DNA of 59,247 nucleotides from Pelomyxa schiedti (lineage: Eukaryota; Protista; Evosea). Positions 1 through 12,000 of the stretch are shown here, in pieces. The DNA is taken from positions 1 to 59,247 of the forward strand of contig JAHLWZ010000290.1 of assembly GCA_020536535.1 (NCBI GenBank), given 5' to 3'. The position numbers and the translations under genes are program-made. Every line of letters begins with the position of its first letter. The first letter of the stretch is position 1. Below the pieces are notes generated by a model. The model saw nothing but the letters and a program-made list of their open reading frames with translations, made no database searches and was not told the origin of the DNA.

Positions 1-180
1 GGCGGCTCCTTGTGCCACAGGTACCCTCCCCACAGGCTCTCCAGGTGGCTGGCGACGGCCTCCGCCCGGCTCCTCCGCTGCTGGGCTTCGGATGCAGAGG
101 AGGAGCCGGGGCCCTGCTGTTGCGTGGACGAGGCGGTGGCGTCGGGCCCAGCGAGGAAGATACGCACACGGGCCGTGTAG
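1..180 (+). CDS. 3' end of an upstream gene (partial, unknown product)
   Basis: GC-rich frame-1 reading frame open from the window start to TAG at 178-180, followed by a T-rich tract. No recognisable motif. Confidence 0.3.
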   Translation, partial: GGSLCHRYPPHRLSRWLATASARLLRCWASDAEEEPGPCCCVDEAVASGPARKIRTRAV

Positions 181-652
181 GTGCTGGGTGTTTGCATTTT
201 TTTTTAATAGCACTTTCGATTATGCGCTGAATGTGAAGTGTCAGCGGATTGACCGGGCAGGGAATTTTCCTTGGTTAGTAAGTCAACGACAACGAGTGCG
301 GTGAACCAAGCACAACTACAGGAGGGAAAGAGTCCGTCAGTTGACAGGAAGCTTCCAAGTTGTGTATTAGTTCGGTGGAAGAGAGGTCCATACCAACCAA
401 ACAAGTAGGTAGCAATGTGATAACCGGGAAAACCGAGAAAACCCTGAAGGTGCTTCCAAATGGCATTCAGAGAAAAGATCATCACTGCCGGCAAACATCA
501 ATGGTGATGTGGATCATCCTGGGCCTTCGTATACGGAACAATTCTCATGCAACCCAAAGAGCAACATTGGAGCACAATTCCCAAGAAAAAAAAACAACGC
601 CGTCGTTGAAGTTGGTGCCAGTGGGGAGGAGACAGGCACACCCAGTCCATAA

Positions 653-3600
653 ATGAAGAGCAACAGGATCCTACCCGAGGACGACGCAGAAGCCATTGTG
701 GGAGACATTTCCTCCTCGTCTGTTGGACTGTCATCCCAGCACAAACAAAACTTGGCAATCATTGGAGTCCCTGCAGCTTCTGAAACTTCAAAAAAACACA
801 ATTCAGGCAAAAACCAAGGCTTTGTTTCAACATGCTTCTCCCTCCAGGTTGGTTGCTATTCCTTGTTATTTTGCTTTTTGGAAGCTGTATCTCCAAGTAT
901 TTATACCACACCACAAATTCTCACTTTCTTTCAGGTGTGCCTTCCTGTTGGAATTGCAGTCTGGGTAATGTGTATTATAGCCGTCTCTGTGGCACCCATG
1001 TCATCACAGTGGGCCTCATCCATCAACCACGTGACCTCTGTATGTCATGACAGCCTCTTAGAAGTGAGTCCTCTGTGCCCTTCCAACAATTCTCCAACTT
1101 CATTAGGACATGGACCTCTACAGATCATCTCTGATCCAGAAAGTGGTCACGAATGTATCAGTGCCACTGACTGTCCCTCCAGCAGTGGTGTTTTTGCTAT
1201 CAAAGCTCATCAATAGCAGCAAGTACACTGATTCAATTCCTGTGCAGCAACACTGGTCTGGATTCCCGGAAGAAGTGCACCCATTTGCAATGGAGTACCC
1301 CGAAATCAACACCATAGTTAGTGCCCATCATAATCAATTCATATTAATCGAAGCTCCCTCTCATCATTTTCTTCTCACCCCCAATTGAAGACCATTGGTT
1401 GGGTCAACGCCTACGGAGATCATCAATACACCGACTCAAGGTCGTTCTTTGCACTCTACGACAGTTCCATCGCTTCAAATTTTACATTTCACGCCTGGGA
1501 TGCCAATGGAAACCCTACAAACACAATTTTGCCAACGACGATCTCAAATTTTAATCTCACAACCCGTTCTTGGTGGTACGCAATCATTAATTGAACTATC
1601 TACTGAATATTTGGTTTTTTTTTTTTAATCCCACACAGGAAAGTTGGAATGAATGCCTTGGATGGTGCATGGACGGCTCCCTATCTATCAGCAAGAGTTG
1701 AGGAGGGAATGCTGATAGCATTTGTTACTCGGCTACCAATTCCTGGAGCAACTGTATGCCTGCAGGTGGCTCACAATCTTGGGTTTCTGGAGACCTACTT
1801 CGCAGAGTATACTCTCACGCCAAATGGAATTGCATTCCTGACAGATAACGCCAATTTGAACATGCTTGCTGCCTCCCCCGGCTTGACTCTCTTAAATCCT
1901 TCTGGCTCTGGCAATGTCAATGCCCCTAATAGTCCAAATGAGACTGTGTCGGGAGTTGCCAAGGAGGTTATATCTTTTTCCCAGTTCTAAGATTGCTGAT
2001 TTGCGTGTAGTGGCTGAAGAATACAAATGGAACTCATGTGGAATACCACTTCCACTACCAAGGCGACTTATTGGTGGATGTGGTTCCGGTTGAGGCTTCA
2101 GGTGGATTGCTTCTGTGGCTATTCGTAGTGACCCCTGAAGCCGTAATTTTGCTCCAATTTGTCATCCCTTAATCCATTCAATCAGGATTTTGTTGGTCAA
2201 CTTTCACAAGCGCAACAGAAAGCAGAAGATCAGGCATACGTATCTTTATGGTCAGTTCTTGGGGGGGAATTGTTTTTGCTGTTACTTGCTCTGATACTGA
2301 GCATTATCATGGCGTATACTGTTTCAAAAGCACTGAAAAATGTTGTAAACAAACTGCGACATATTTCAAATGGGCACTTCTCGAGAACTACATCGAACTC
2401 GAATTTGGGGCACACCTTTTCTGAAGTGAAAGATGTATGCTCTTGTTTTCTTTTCTTTAAGAATAAGAATTTTTCAGTTGAATTGTCAAGTGGCTACAAT
2501 GCAACTGGCTCTTGATTCATTCAGCAAGTAATCCTCTTTAAAGAATGCTTACCACTCAAACAATCCATTCAGATATGTTCCAACCCAAGTCGTTCACTAT
2601 TTGTGTAAGTATAAGTTGACCCCAGTTGTGGGAGTAACTTGTGTACCCTGCACAGTTCTATTTCTGGATATAGTGGATTTTGTGAGTGTGCAAGACTAGA
2701 TATTGTTATCTCACCCTTTTTTTTAAGACCAAAAAAATGGATCTGTACGGCGCCACAATGATTTTGGAGGTACTAGGAATCATGTTTGAATCCTTTTCAA
2801 CCATAATTACTCAAAACGGAGGTTGCATAGATAAAGTATGACATTTCTCTTTCCTCTTTTTTTGTGTCGAGCTCACATGTCTGTTCAGTACATTGGCGAT
2901 GCCATCATGGCTGTATGGGGTTGTCCATACCCAGTGGAACGGGCAGAAGTTCATGCCTGTAGAGCAATCTCAGATATACTCGCTGAGCTGCAGAGACTAA
3001 ATGAATACTTCATGACTACTTACAAACTCACTTTGGAAATTCGTATTGGAGTATGAGAACACTCATTCATNNNNNNNNNNNNNNNNNNNNNNNNNNNNNN
3101 NNNNNNNNNNNNNNNNNNNNNNNNNNNNNNNNNNNNNNNNNNNNNNNNNNNNNNNNNNNNNNNNNNNNNNTTCATGCCTGTAGAGCAATCTCAGATATAC
3201 TCGCTGAGCTGCAGAGACTAAATGAATACTTCATGACTACTTACAAACTCACTTTGGAAATTCGTATTGGAGTATGAGAACACTCATTCATGCTGTGAAA
3301 CAGTAACAAATTCAAAGGTGCATTCAGGAGAGGTGCAAGCAGGAAATGTTGGTTCTTCACATCGGCTGAACTACACAGTCCTCGGTTTGTAGTCAACTTT
3401 TCAAATATTCCAGTGAAGAAAGCTGCAGGTAATACTGTCAACTTGGCTAGCCGCCTTGAGGCTGTGAATAAAGAAGTTGGGACCCAGGTGCTAGCCTCAA
3501 ATAGTTTCCGGAGTTGCGCCGGTGGCGATTTTGCTTTCAGAGCACTGGGTTCGATATCTGTAAGTAACATTTTCCTTTCTCTTGAGACTTACTTGTGACA

Positions 3601-3873
3601 AGGTCAGAGGATTCCAAGACCTCGTTCTCGTTCATCAGTTCCTCGGTGCTATGGATAGGTCCGACTTTTTTTTCCCCTTCAGCTCTCCTAACCAAGAACA
3701 GGCTTGACCCAACAACGAAACAACTCCTCAAAGACTATCTGGAAATAGATAAAGCCTTATGTGAAGGACAATCCAATATCGACCCTATGATTGCATCATT
3801 TTTGGAAGTACACCCTGAGGATAAAACAGTGTCACTTGCACAGAGCTACCAACAAACACACAAAGATCGATAA
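653..3873 (+). CDS. Receptor-type class III adenylyl cyclase (TM - extracellular sensor - TM - HAMP-like - catalytic domain), multi-exon, interrupted by an assembly gap
   Basis: Spliced motifs FLDIVDF, IDKYIGDAIMAVWG, IRIGVHSGEVQAGNVGS, NYTVLGNTVNLASRLE. Hydrophobic segments at about 940-990 and 2245-2320. Short GT-AG introns. Confidence 0.85.
3071..3170. other. Assembly gap (100 N); about 120 bp before the gap is repeated immediately after it
   Basis: N run. Sequence 2950-3070 (ttcatgcctgtagagc...actcattcat) recurs at 3171-3291. Confidence 0.97.
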
Positions 3874-3962
3874 AGAACGGCAACAAAATAAATATCAACG
3901 TCACTCATGGTTTGCCCGGAACATCGAATAAACCTTCAACCGGTTGTTCACGAGTCTGCGGA

Positions 3963-5228
3963 ATGACGAGTGACAACGGAATACCGATAAGAGCTACATG
4001 GAAAATCGACGCTCGATCGCAGTTCTTGGCTTTGGCGTGTGGTGCCACGGCCTCTGGTCGTGGGCCAGTGAGCCTGCTGTCAAACGCTTTCGAAGTGTTG
4101 GCCTACGAAATTGGCCGCAAGTGGGTAGTAAGTTGCTCGCGCCGTTGGGGATTCGGCGTGGGGGAGGGACACAGCAAGGACGAGATTCCGTGTGGTGATT
4201 GCTGCCTTGTGGTTTTCTTTGGAGTGTCGCACACGCTGGGGCTTGTGTGGCACAAGTTGCACCTGTTTGGCGGCTGTAACTTTGGGGCCTCCAAGCCCTG
4301 TGCAAACGGAATGCAGATTGGGTGCTACTTGGGTAGCTCCAAGTGGATGTCCTATCTTCCTTGGGCTGTCGACAGGGATGGCGCCTTTGTGATGAATGAA
4401 GATGACGGCAGGATCGTCGGGCGAATTCGTGGCTCAGTATCCACCTTAAACTGGGTCGAAAGCTTCCATAGCAACGGCAAGTGGCTCGTTCAGATTTGCA
4501 GAAAAAGTAAAATGAGAGTGTGGCGACTTCGTGAGGGTGTTCCTGAGGGCCATTGTGTGCTTATTCGGAACCGTCCTGACCACAGAATTTTTGGCACACG
4601 TTTCCTGCCTTGGGGCGATGAGAATGAAGTTGTTGTGGTTTCTCAGTCGAAAGAGAAACACGCTTCAGACCTACTATTTGTGGATCTTCAAACCAGCGTC
4701 TTCAATGAGGCGCTGGTCGTGACCAGCAGTATTTCAGTTCCCTACGAGGCAGACGATATACTGTGCCTGCCACGTCAGGAATTCCTAGTACTATCGCGGG
4801 ATTTTTCGATTGAAATGGGGTTCCGCAGGTTTACATACAACACTTTGACCCGGCGACTGTTCTACTTTCCGGGAGACGTTCAGTTTGTACCGCCGTCACA
4901 CGTGCTCAACAGACCCCGCCTCGATCATAATTGTAGGATTTATGCTGCCTCCGACCTGGGTCAACCTTTGCGCCAGTTTCAACAACATGGGTGCCAGCAT
5001 CCATTTTTCAGAATGACCACAACAGACCGCTGGATCGCAAATGGCGATCCTTCTGTCTCCCTGAATGTCTACGACTTGGTCACAGGCACCACCGTGCTCA
5101 CACTTACTCGCACATTGAAGAGCCCAGGCGTAGCAGGCCAACATTCAGGGGAGACGATACCACAACACCACAGCCCACGCCCCCGGTCCCCTCCTTGGCC
5201 CCCTGGAACTCCTTGGCTCCACTTCTGA
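3963..5228 (+). CDS. Intronless hypothetical protein (~420 aa), probably a lineage-specific family
   Basis: Long uninterrupted ORF from ATG 3963 (MTSDNGIPIR...ARSQFLALACG...). A near-identical copy lies at 57795-59042. Confidence 0.7.
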   Translation: MTSDNGIPIRATWKIDARSQFLALACGATASGRGPVSLLSNAFEVLAYEIGRKWVVSCSRRWGFGVGEGHSKDEIPCGDCCLVVFFGVSHTLGLVWHKLHLFGGCNFGASKPCANGMQIGCYLGSSKWMSYLPWAVDRDGAFVMNEDDGRIVGRIRGSVSTLNWVESFHSNGKWLVQICRKSKMRVWRLREGVPEGHCVLIRNRPDHRIFGTRFLPWGDENEVVVVSQSKEKHASDLLFVDLQTSVFNEALVVTSSISVPYEADDILCLPRQEFLVLSRDFSIEMGFRRFTYNTLTRRLFYFPGDVQFVPPSHVLNRPRLDHNCRIYAASDLGQPLRQFQQHGCQHPFFRMTTTDRWIANGDPSVSLNVYDLVTGTTVLTLTRTLKSPGVAGQHSGETIPQHHSPRPRSPPWPPGTPWLHF

Positions 5229-5359
5229 GCATCGTTTACAGGACGAACACAGGGAATTTCCTCAGGAAAAGTTGGTTTTTACATGTGCAGGCGCTGTTGT
5301 TTTCTGAGCCCAAAAAAAAAAAGCCCTTTCCAAAAACCAGTACTTTGTTGTCTTCAAGA

Positions 5360-6073
5360 TTAAATTGCATGTCCCCCAACTATTGAGGCCACGGTAAGGG
5401 GGCCAGCCTTGCACTCCAGTAGCATTCCGTTGAACGTGAGTTGGTGATTGGAATTTGCATGAATGTTCTATTGTCATTTTCAAGAAAGGAGCAACGGTTA
5501 AGAAAGAATGAAAGTGAGTGATAGGTTTACCTCGTAAAGTTTCTCCACAAAGTCTATTGTAATTTGGGGTTCTGGATCGGCCATAACACAATTCTTGAGT
5601 ACCACTCTATCACCAACAGTGCAACCAGCAGGGGGGTCAATAAGCTGAACGACCCTGGCGTGATCATGCAGCTCCATTCCGGTAAGCTTTCCGCTTGATT
5701 TTTGCCCTTGAAGTGTTATTTCCTTGATGTTGCATGTAACAACAACAAATCGATTCTGAAAGGGATTGTGAAAAGAGAATAGGCGGAGGGATGGGAATAC
5801 CCTTAGGTGATCGATATTTGGTATATGTTCCACAAGTGCACTTACAATTTGTCGTCTTGAGGTTCCTAAATCCACATCTTCCATGTATAATCTTCTTGAT
5901 GTGAGCTTGGTAATAGAGACAGCGATGATACTTACTTGGCAGAATTTGGTACACGTTTGATGGACAGTATTTTTCCGATACGAAGCTCAAGTTTACTGAA
6001 ATCAAGGGCAGATACTTCACTGCAATCAATACAACATGAAAGTACTGTTTTGTCACATACGGTATTGGTCCAT
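5360..6073 (-). CDS. EMAP II/Arc1p/Trbp111-like tRNA-binding OB-fold domain (C-terminal domain of the STAND gene, or a separate small gene from ATG 6073)
   Basis: Spliced translation MDQY|LSALDFSKLELRIGKILSIKRVPNSAK|LYMEDVDLGTSRRQIVSALV...VVVTCNIK...LIDPPAGCTVGDRV...GPLTVASIVGGHAI*. Confidence 0.8.
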
Positions 6074-9000
6074 CTTATTTAACTTCAGCCAGTATAAGTT
6101 TCCAACTGAATCACCAGCCACGAGAGGGATATTGGAGCCTCCATATTGGTCAAAAGGTTTGCTGCACAACACTTCCATCGAGAGAATGGAGGTAGGAAGA
6201 TAGAAACAGTGCACTTCGTGACCACTGAAAACATCCTAGTTGGTGAATTAGAGACTCAGCATCACCTATCTAGTTTGGAACAAACCCAAATCCTGATCGT
6301 CTTGTCACTTGAAGATGAAATGAGGAATGTTGAATTCTGACCTAAGATAAGTTATCATTTTGATTTAGAGACAGGAAGTCGTTACTGAAAAAAGCTAAGG
6401 CAGTAACTTCGTGAGTGTGTCTACGTATAATTCGCAACAGAGCTTTTTTGATTACATCCCATATACATATGGCCTGATCTTCACCACCACTTGCAAGAAT
6501 CCTTCCTGAGTCCAAAGTTAAAGGTGGACTGGAGTTTTGATAATGGACAGACCATCTGGTGAGAATTTACAAGCAAGTAGCCCATCTTTGTGTGCTGTTA
6601 AATTAGCCTGGTTCTCACCAGAACGAGTGTTCCAAATCTTAAAGAAATTTAGAATTATCATGGACTGAAAATAGTACCTTCACTGATGCGTCTTTGGATC
6701 CAGTAGCCACCAATTTACTTTTGGGAGAAAAGTCGATGGTGCTTATCCAGCCAGTATGCCCGGATAGTGATCCGACTTCTTCTCCTGCACGAACCAGATT
6801 AGTATGTTCAGGCATTGTTATTGGGGTACACCAAACCATTTTCCAATGACCAAACTTTTGCTGTACGATCAACACTTCCTGTGACAGCATATCTATGATG
6901 GGTGTGCGTAAGGGAATTAATCCAAAAGAAAAGAAACCTTCCGTCGTGGCTTATCGCACAGGCAAATATAGGTAGTGTGTGTCCCTCAAGTGACATGGCT
7001 TCCTCTTTTGACTGTTTAAACCAATCAATGGAAAGGTATGGTCTGAAGGGTTATTACCTTAACTTCCCAGACTTTTGAAGTGTTATCACTTGAAGAAGTT
7101 AACAACATTGAGCCATTGGGTGACAGAGCAACGGCGTTTATCTTTAAAAGTTATAACCAAACTACATGTAAATTGTTAGATACCCTCTTAGGATGTGAGA
7201 AAGTAGCCAGTTCACGGCCTTGCTCATCAAAAATTTTTGCTTGCCTATCCCAGGAACCTGATGCCACCAGATGTGCCGATGGAGAGTATGATATTCCTTT
7301 CACCATTGCTGTGTGCTCTGATGTAGAGCCCTCTGACCCACCAGATAATGTATCAGCTAGAGAATAGAGTCTATTAGACTTGTCAGTACAGAGGAAATAG
7401 CAAGTGGCCAGGTGGTACCTTATAGACATATCTGCAGAACCGGTGACAAATAAGTCACCTTTCGGTGAAAATGCTACCGTGTTGATAAAATGGGAGTGCC
7501 CTTCCAGAGTTGCCACTTCTTCACCTGTGTTGGTGTTCCAGATCTTCGCTATCTTATCAAATGAGCCGGTGAGCAAGTAGTTTTGATCACTGGAAATATC
7601 ACAGCAACTCACACTTTTTATTGGTCAGCAAAATAGAGGGAGCAGTACAGGAAAACCTTTGTGTGTGTCCTGTCATAGTTTGTGCTGGAGCAGACCTGGC
7701 AATATCCCATTTTATTATTGATCTGTCAGTGGATACAGAGAACAGATATTTACTTCCAAAGAAAGCCAAGTCCTGTTAAAAATTTTAGTGCATGGTATAC
7801 GTGGTTGTTAGTTTACTTTGGCGTATTTATTGTGTCCCTTTAAATCGACAGCAGGCTTAGAAGAATTTGATGTCCAAGTGCCATTGTTAACTGTACAGTG
7901 GAGCAGTCGGACATTTTTATCATTAGATGTGGTTGCTAACATGCTGTACAATAGATTAGAAGGATCTTTCTATAATGGAACAAGTACCTTCCAGATTCGT
8001 GGAATTTTATGGAAGTTACTGACGAGGTATGGGGTTTCATAGTGATCAAAGGAGAAAGGGACTTGGCAGGAGGAAGGGGAGAACTAAATACAGCGATACT
8101 TCCATCTTCATAACCAACACCCATAACCCAAGTTCCTGATGCACAAAATGCAGTACAACACGTGGCTTCTTGGATCTCCGGACTGTGCGGCAGTTAAATT
8201 CACGGACAGGACAAGTATGATTAGTACCAGGTGAGTGTTCCAATAACTGAGGATGTTGATATTTGCCAGATCAGAGCGGAGCCATATTTATAAGCAACAA
8301 GTAGATACTTTGATGACATAAAGCAGCATTGGTTTGCACTTCCAGCTTGTATACCAAATGCCCCAGGATCAAGATTACCAAGTTCGGTGCATGTACTAGT
8401 TTTCCATATCTTTTTATAATTGTAACTTTTTTGGTGAAAAAAGAAGAAAGACCTTGGTAATGCCATTTGTCTTATAGGTGGAAGCTATAAGTAGTCCATC
8501 TGGGTCAAACTGGCAATTTAAAACCTATTTGAAGAAGTTGCAAGTCTACTCCACACAAAGAAGTTTACCTCACTGGGACCAGCCATAACTCCTCGGTGCT
8601 TACTATGTCCTATCAAACGTTTGTTTTCCCAAACAAAGTAGGGAGAATGTTGTAAGGTCAGTAATGAATTGCCGGCTGCAGAAACAATGGAGTTATCAGC
8701 ACATGCTGCTGCTTGTTGTATCACAGTGGCTGGGTGATCTGTAAGAGCCGTGATATTGAGCATAACAAATTTCCTGTAGCCTGTAAAAATACACAGGTAC
8801 TCAAATGAGATGGTACTTGAAAGCTTGAAGTTTTTCGGTCAAGAATTCATTTGGAATCATTGTAAAATCTTCCACCAAACTCGCGGCCATCCCAAGAGAA
8901 CATTTAGCGGAAACAAATTGAAGGTCACCCAGAACCATTTCAAGTTCAGACCATGACTCTGAACAAATGTTTAGGCTATCTAGGATGAAATGGGGAAAAA

Positions 9001-12000
9001 AAAAATACTTACGTGCTTGAATCAGATGATATGGTAACTCTGAAAAAGCATGCGGGTTGATAGCATTCCATTTACCATCGGACTGAGCTTGGGTCTTGAA
9101 AAATTGAGCAAGCTGCCCATGTGTCCTGATGGCGGAATTACCTCCGAGGTATCTTGTTTGAACTGTCCCATATTAGCTACTGGAGTAGTGTTATAAAAGA
9201 ATTACCCGCTTTAGCAAGCTGCTGGTGAAAGAAATCAACTCGACCCTCATTGTTATTGCCCACTGGCCGAAGAAGCGATTTTAAGCCCAAAAATACTCCT
9301 GTCCATTGTGCAGCAGTTGCATTCATGCAATGGATGATATCTGATACAAAGAGGCCATGTCTTGCACACCGCAAGAGTGCTAAAGTAGTTCCAACAATTT
9401 TCTCCCCAAGATCAATCTCCAGCCTCTTCAAAACGACCTGAAGTAATTCTACAGCAAGTTACTGTTACATTCCTTTCAGGGCACACGATACCTGGGATGG
9501 TTGGGGGAAGACCCGAAATGAAGTCGTGCAGTTTCTCAAAGGCACCATATATCCGAAGCTCCTCACATGACAGAACTAAATACAAGGGGTTCCCACTTCC
9601 AGGTTTTTGGAGGAGGGTATTCATCTGGCTCGAGTCCAACTTTTTACCGAATTCAGAAAGAATCTGTGTAACAATCTCCTGCCTAAATTGTTCATTACTC
9701 AAACGACAATTTTCACAGGTGAGAACCTGTCTTCTGTGGTGAGGGGTGGTACTGGAATTTCAGGGGCCTTCCTGGAATGTAATTGATCAAGACAATCTCC
9801 AGGCAGGCATGATAGCACGATTTTCACCTTGGAGAGTCATTTACATACATAGAGTTAAGAATTCTCACCGATTTTGGCAGAATAGAAGGAATCCAACCAA
9901 GGCGGTGACTATTATTTGTATCATCAAGCTGATTAAGTGCATCAATTATTAAAAGAAGGTGCTCCCGCTCTCCCGAAACCTAGATTGGTGTAAAACACTC
10001 AAAGTGATACAGTGTATCAACCAACCCGGTGTAGAAGTTGTAACCACGTAGACTCCAGGTCGGAAAATTCCAGGGGGATCTCAACGTCTAAGGAATAATG
10101 CGATGAAAGCTCCGCACATAGACGGGATAACACTTTTGTGATGTCAGTGCTATTAGGACTTCCTCCCACAAAGTGAGGAAGTACAAAGAACTCTCTATCA
10201 GCCATTGTCAGAGGTTAGATGATTACGTAGAAAATTAACCGGTTGTTAAGTTTCTGTTGGTGTGCAAAATGAGCCAGTAAGGAACTTTTACCAGATCCAG
10301 GTGAGCCAACAACAACAATTGGCTGACTTTGATTATAGTCTTCAATGTAGGTGTTTAATTGCTGTAATAGTTGCGATCTGCCAACAAAGTTTCTACCCCT
10401 TATCTCAATGAATTCATCGTGATACGCTCTATGAGGTAGTGAGGAACGTCACAGAGAAAAAAAAGGGGATGTGACCTCTCAATGGACATAGGTGTTTGCT
10501 TGACAGAACTTTTTGGAGCACATTTCTCGATTCCCTGCCAAACAGCAGATTCAAATTGCTCAAGCATTTTTTCCAAGCCGGACAGTTCAACATTATCATC
10601 AGTTACTCCTGTGTAGCAGAAAATGAGTGGGACGCTGAGTTTTCAGTGGGGAAAAAACACCTTCGTAGCAAGGAGTGTAGTGATAAACAGTCGAGGGAAA
10701 TTTGTCATTGATAGCTGCTTTGAGTTGAGCCATGCGCTGCACTTTATTTGGGACTTCATCTTTCCACTGAGCTTTGATCTATATTTTGTTGGAAGGAATT
10801 GTACTTTTATTTAAATGACTACTTACAGACTCAGGTAGTCGGTCAAGAAATTCAGGGTCCCTAAAGAAAAAGATATTGCTATGTGCAGTGTCCTTAGCTT
10901 TCGCAATGGCGCCACATTGAACCTTTTCGTATTAATATATTAAACAAAAAAACGAGTCTACCTCCATAGCAGTTACACTGAGACCATTTTGCCAAGTAAA
11001 TTTGACTTTGGCTTCATCTGGTACATCGTGGGGGTCTGGGATCCAGCCATACCTTTCTCCAAGTAGTCCCACGAAGATGTCACAAGTGGAAGCGCTCTCA
11101 AGGCACATATTAATAACCTGCTTTGACTTGGCATCCTCTTCAGTAATTCCCCATCTAGGCAAAGAAAAAAGGACAATTTAATCTAGCAACTCGGCCAGTT
11201 GTTTCTACCGCAGATCAATGTCAATAAGATGAATTTTCTTTGCAAGACAGCGCTCTCTCAGACGTGGAATGATCTGAACAACAGGTTAAAGAGCAATTTA
11301 GTAGTTGCAAACCTGCTTAATTAGTAGGTCACGCTCAGTATTCATATCCACAAATGTAGAGGACAGGAACAATCTCAGAGTACGCCATACAGAGGGAGCT
11401 TCTGAAATACAGTTACAGTTACACTTGCAAGTGCAGAGGTGATTAATATAGTACCTTCATCATCTGAGACTCGAGATATCTGTTCCTTGGCGCCAGTGAA
11501 GAAGAACCCTTGGAATGGATTGGTCTCTTCGACTTCATCATCAGGGAAACTCATTAATTCTAGACTACAGCCAGTTGAGAAAAAAAAAAAAAAAAGGTGC
11601 TTGAATTTCACCTGGAGCCAGAAGGGGTGGAAGCTTTGCTTTCAGCTCCCTGTGAAATGAGAAATTGCACCAATGCTGGGGCTTGGGCTGCCTAATAACA
11701 TTACTCGTGGGTTAGCAACAACTCTCTAGATACTTGGGCCATTTGAAGTGGGGTACAAGCTCCACTCTTCTTTACCACAGAGTTGACATCGGCACCATAT
11801 CTAACTAAAATCTTTGCCACATCCACATAACTAGAAGTTGTTAGAATTTCCCAAAAAGAGACAAGTGTACCCCTTTGATGAAGCCAAATGTAGGGGTGCC
11901 ATCTTCTTTTTGTTAAGCATATCCACAGTGGCTCCCTGCTGAATCAGTACTTCAGCAACATCAGCCATTCCAGACTGAGCTGAAATTGATGAGGAAATTA

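Noticed and set aside
2950-3291. Internal tandem duplication of a cyclase exon
   Set aside because: An identical ~120-bp overlap on both sides of a 100-N gap is a typical unmerged contig overlap.
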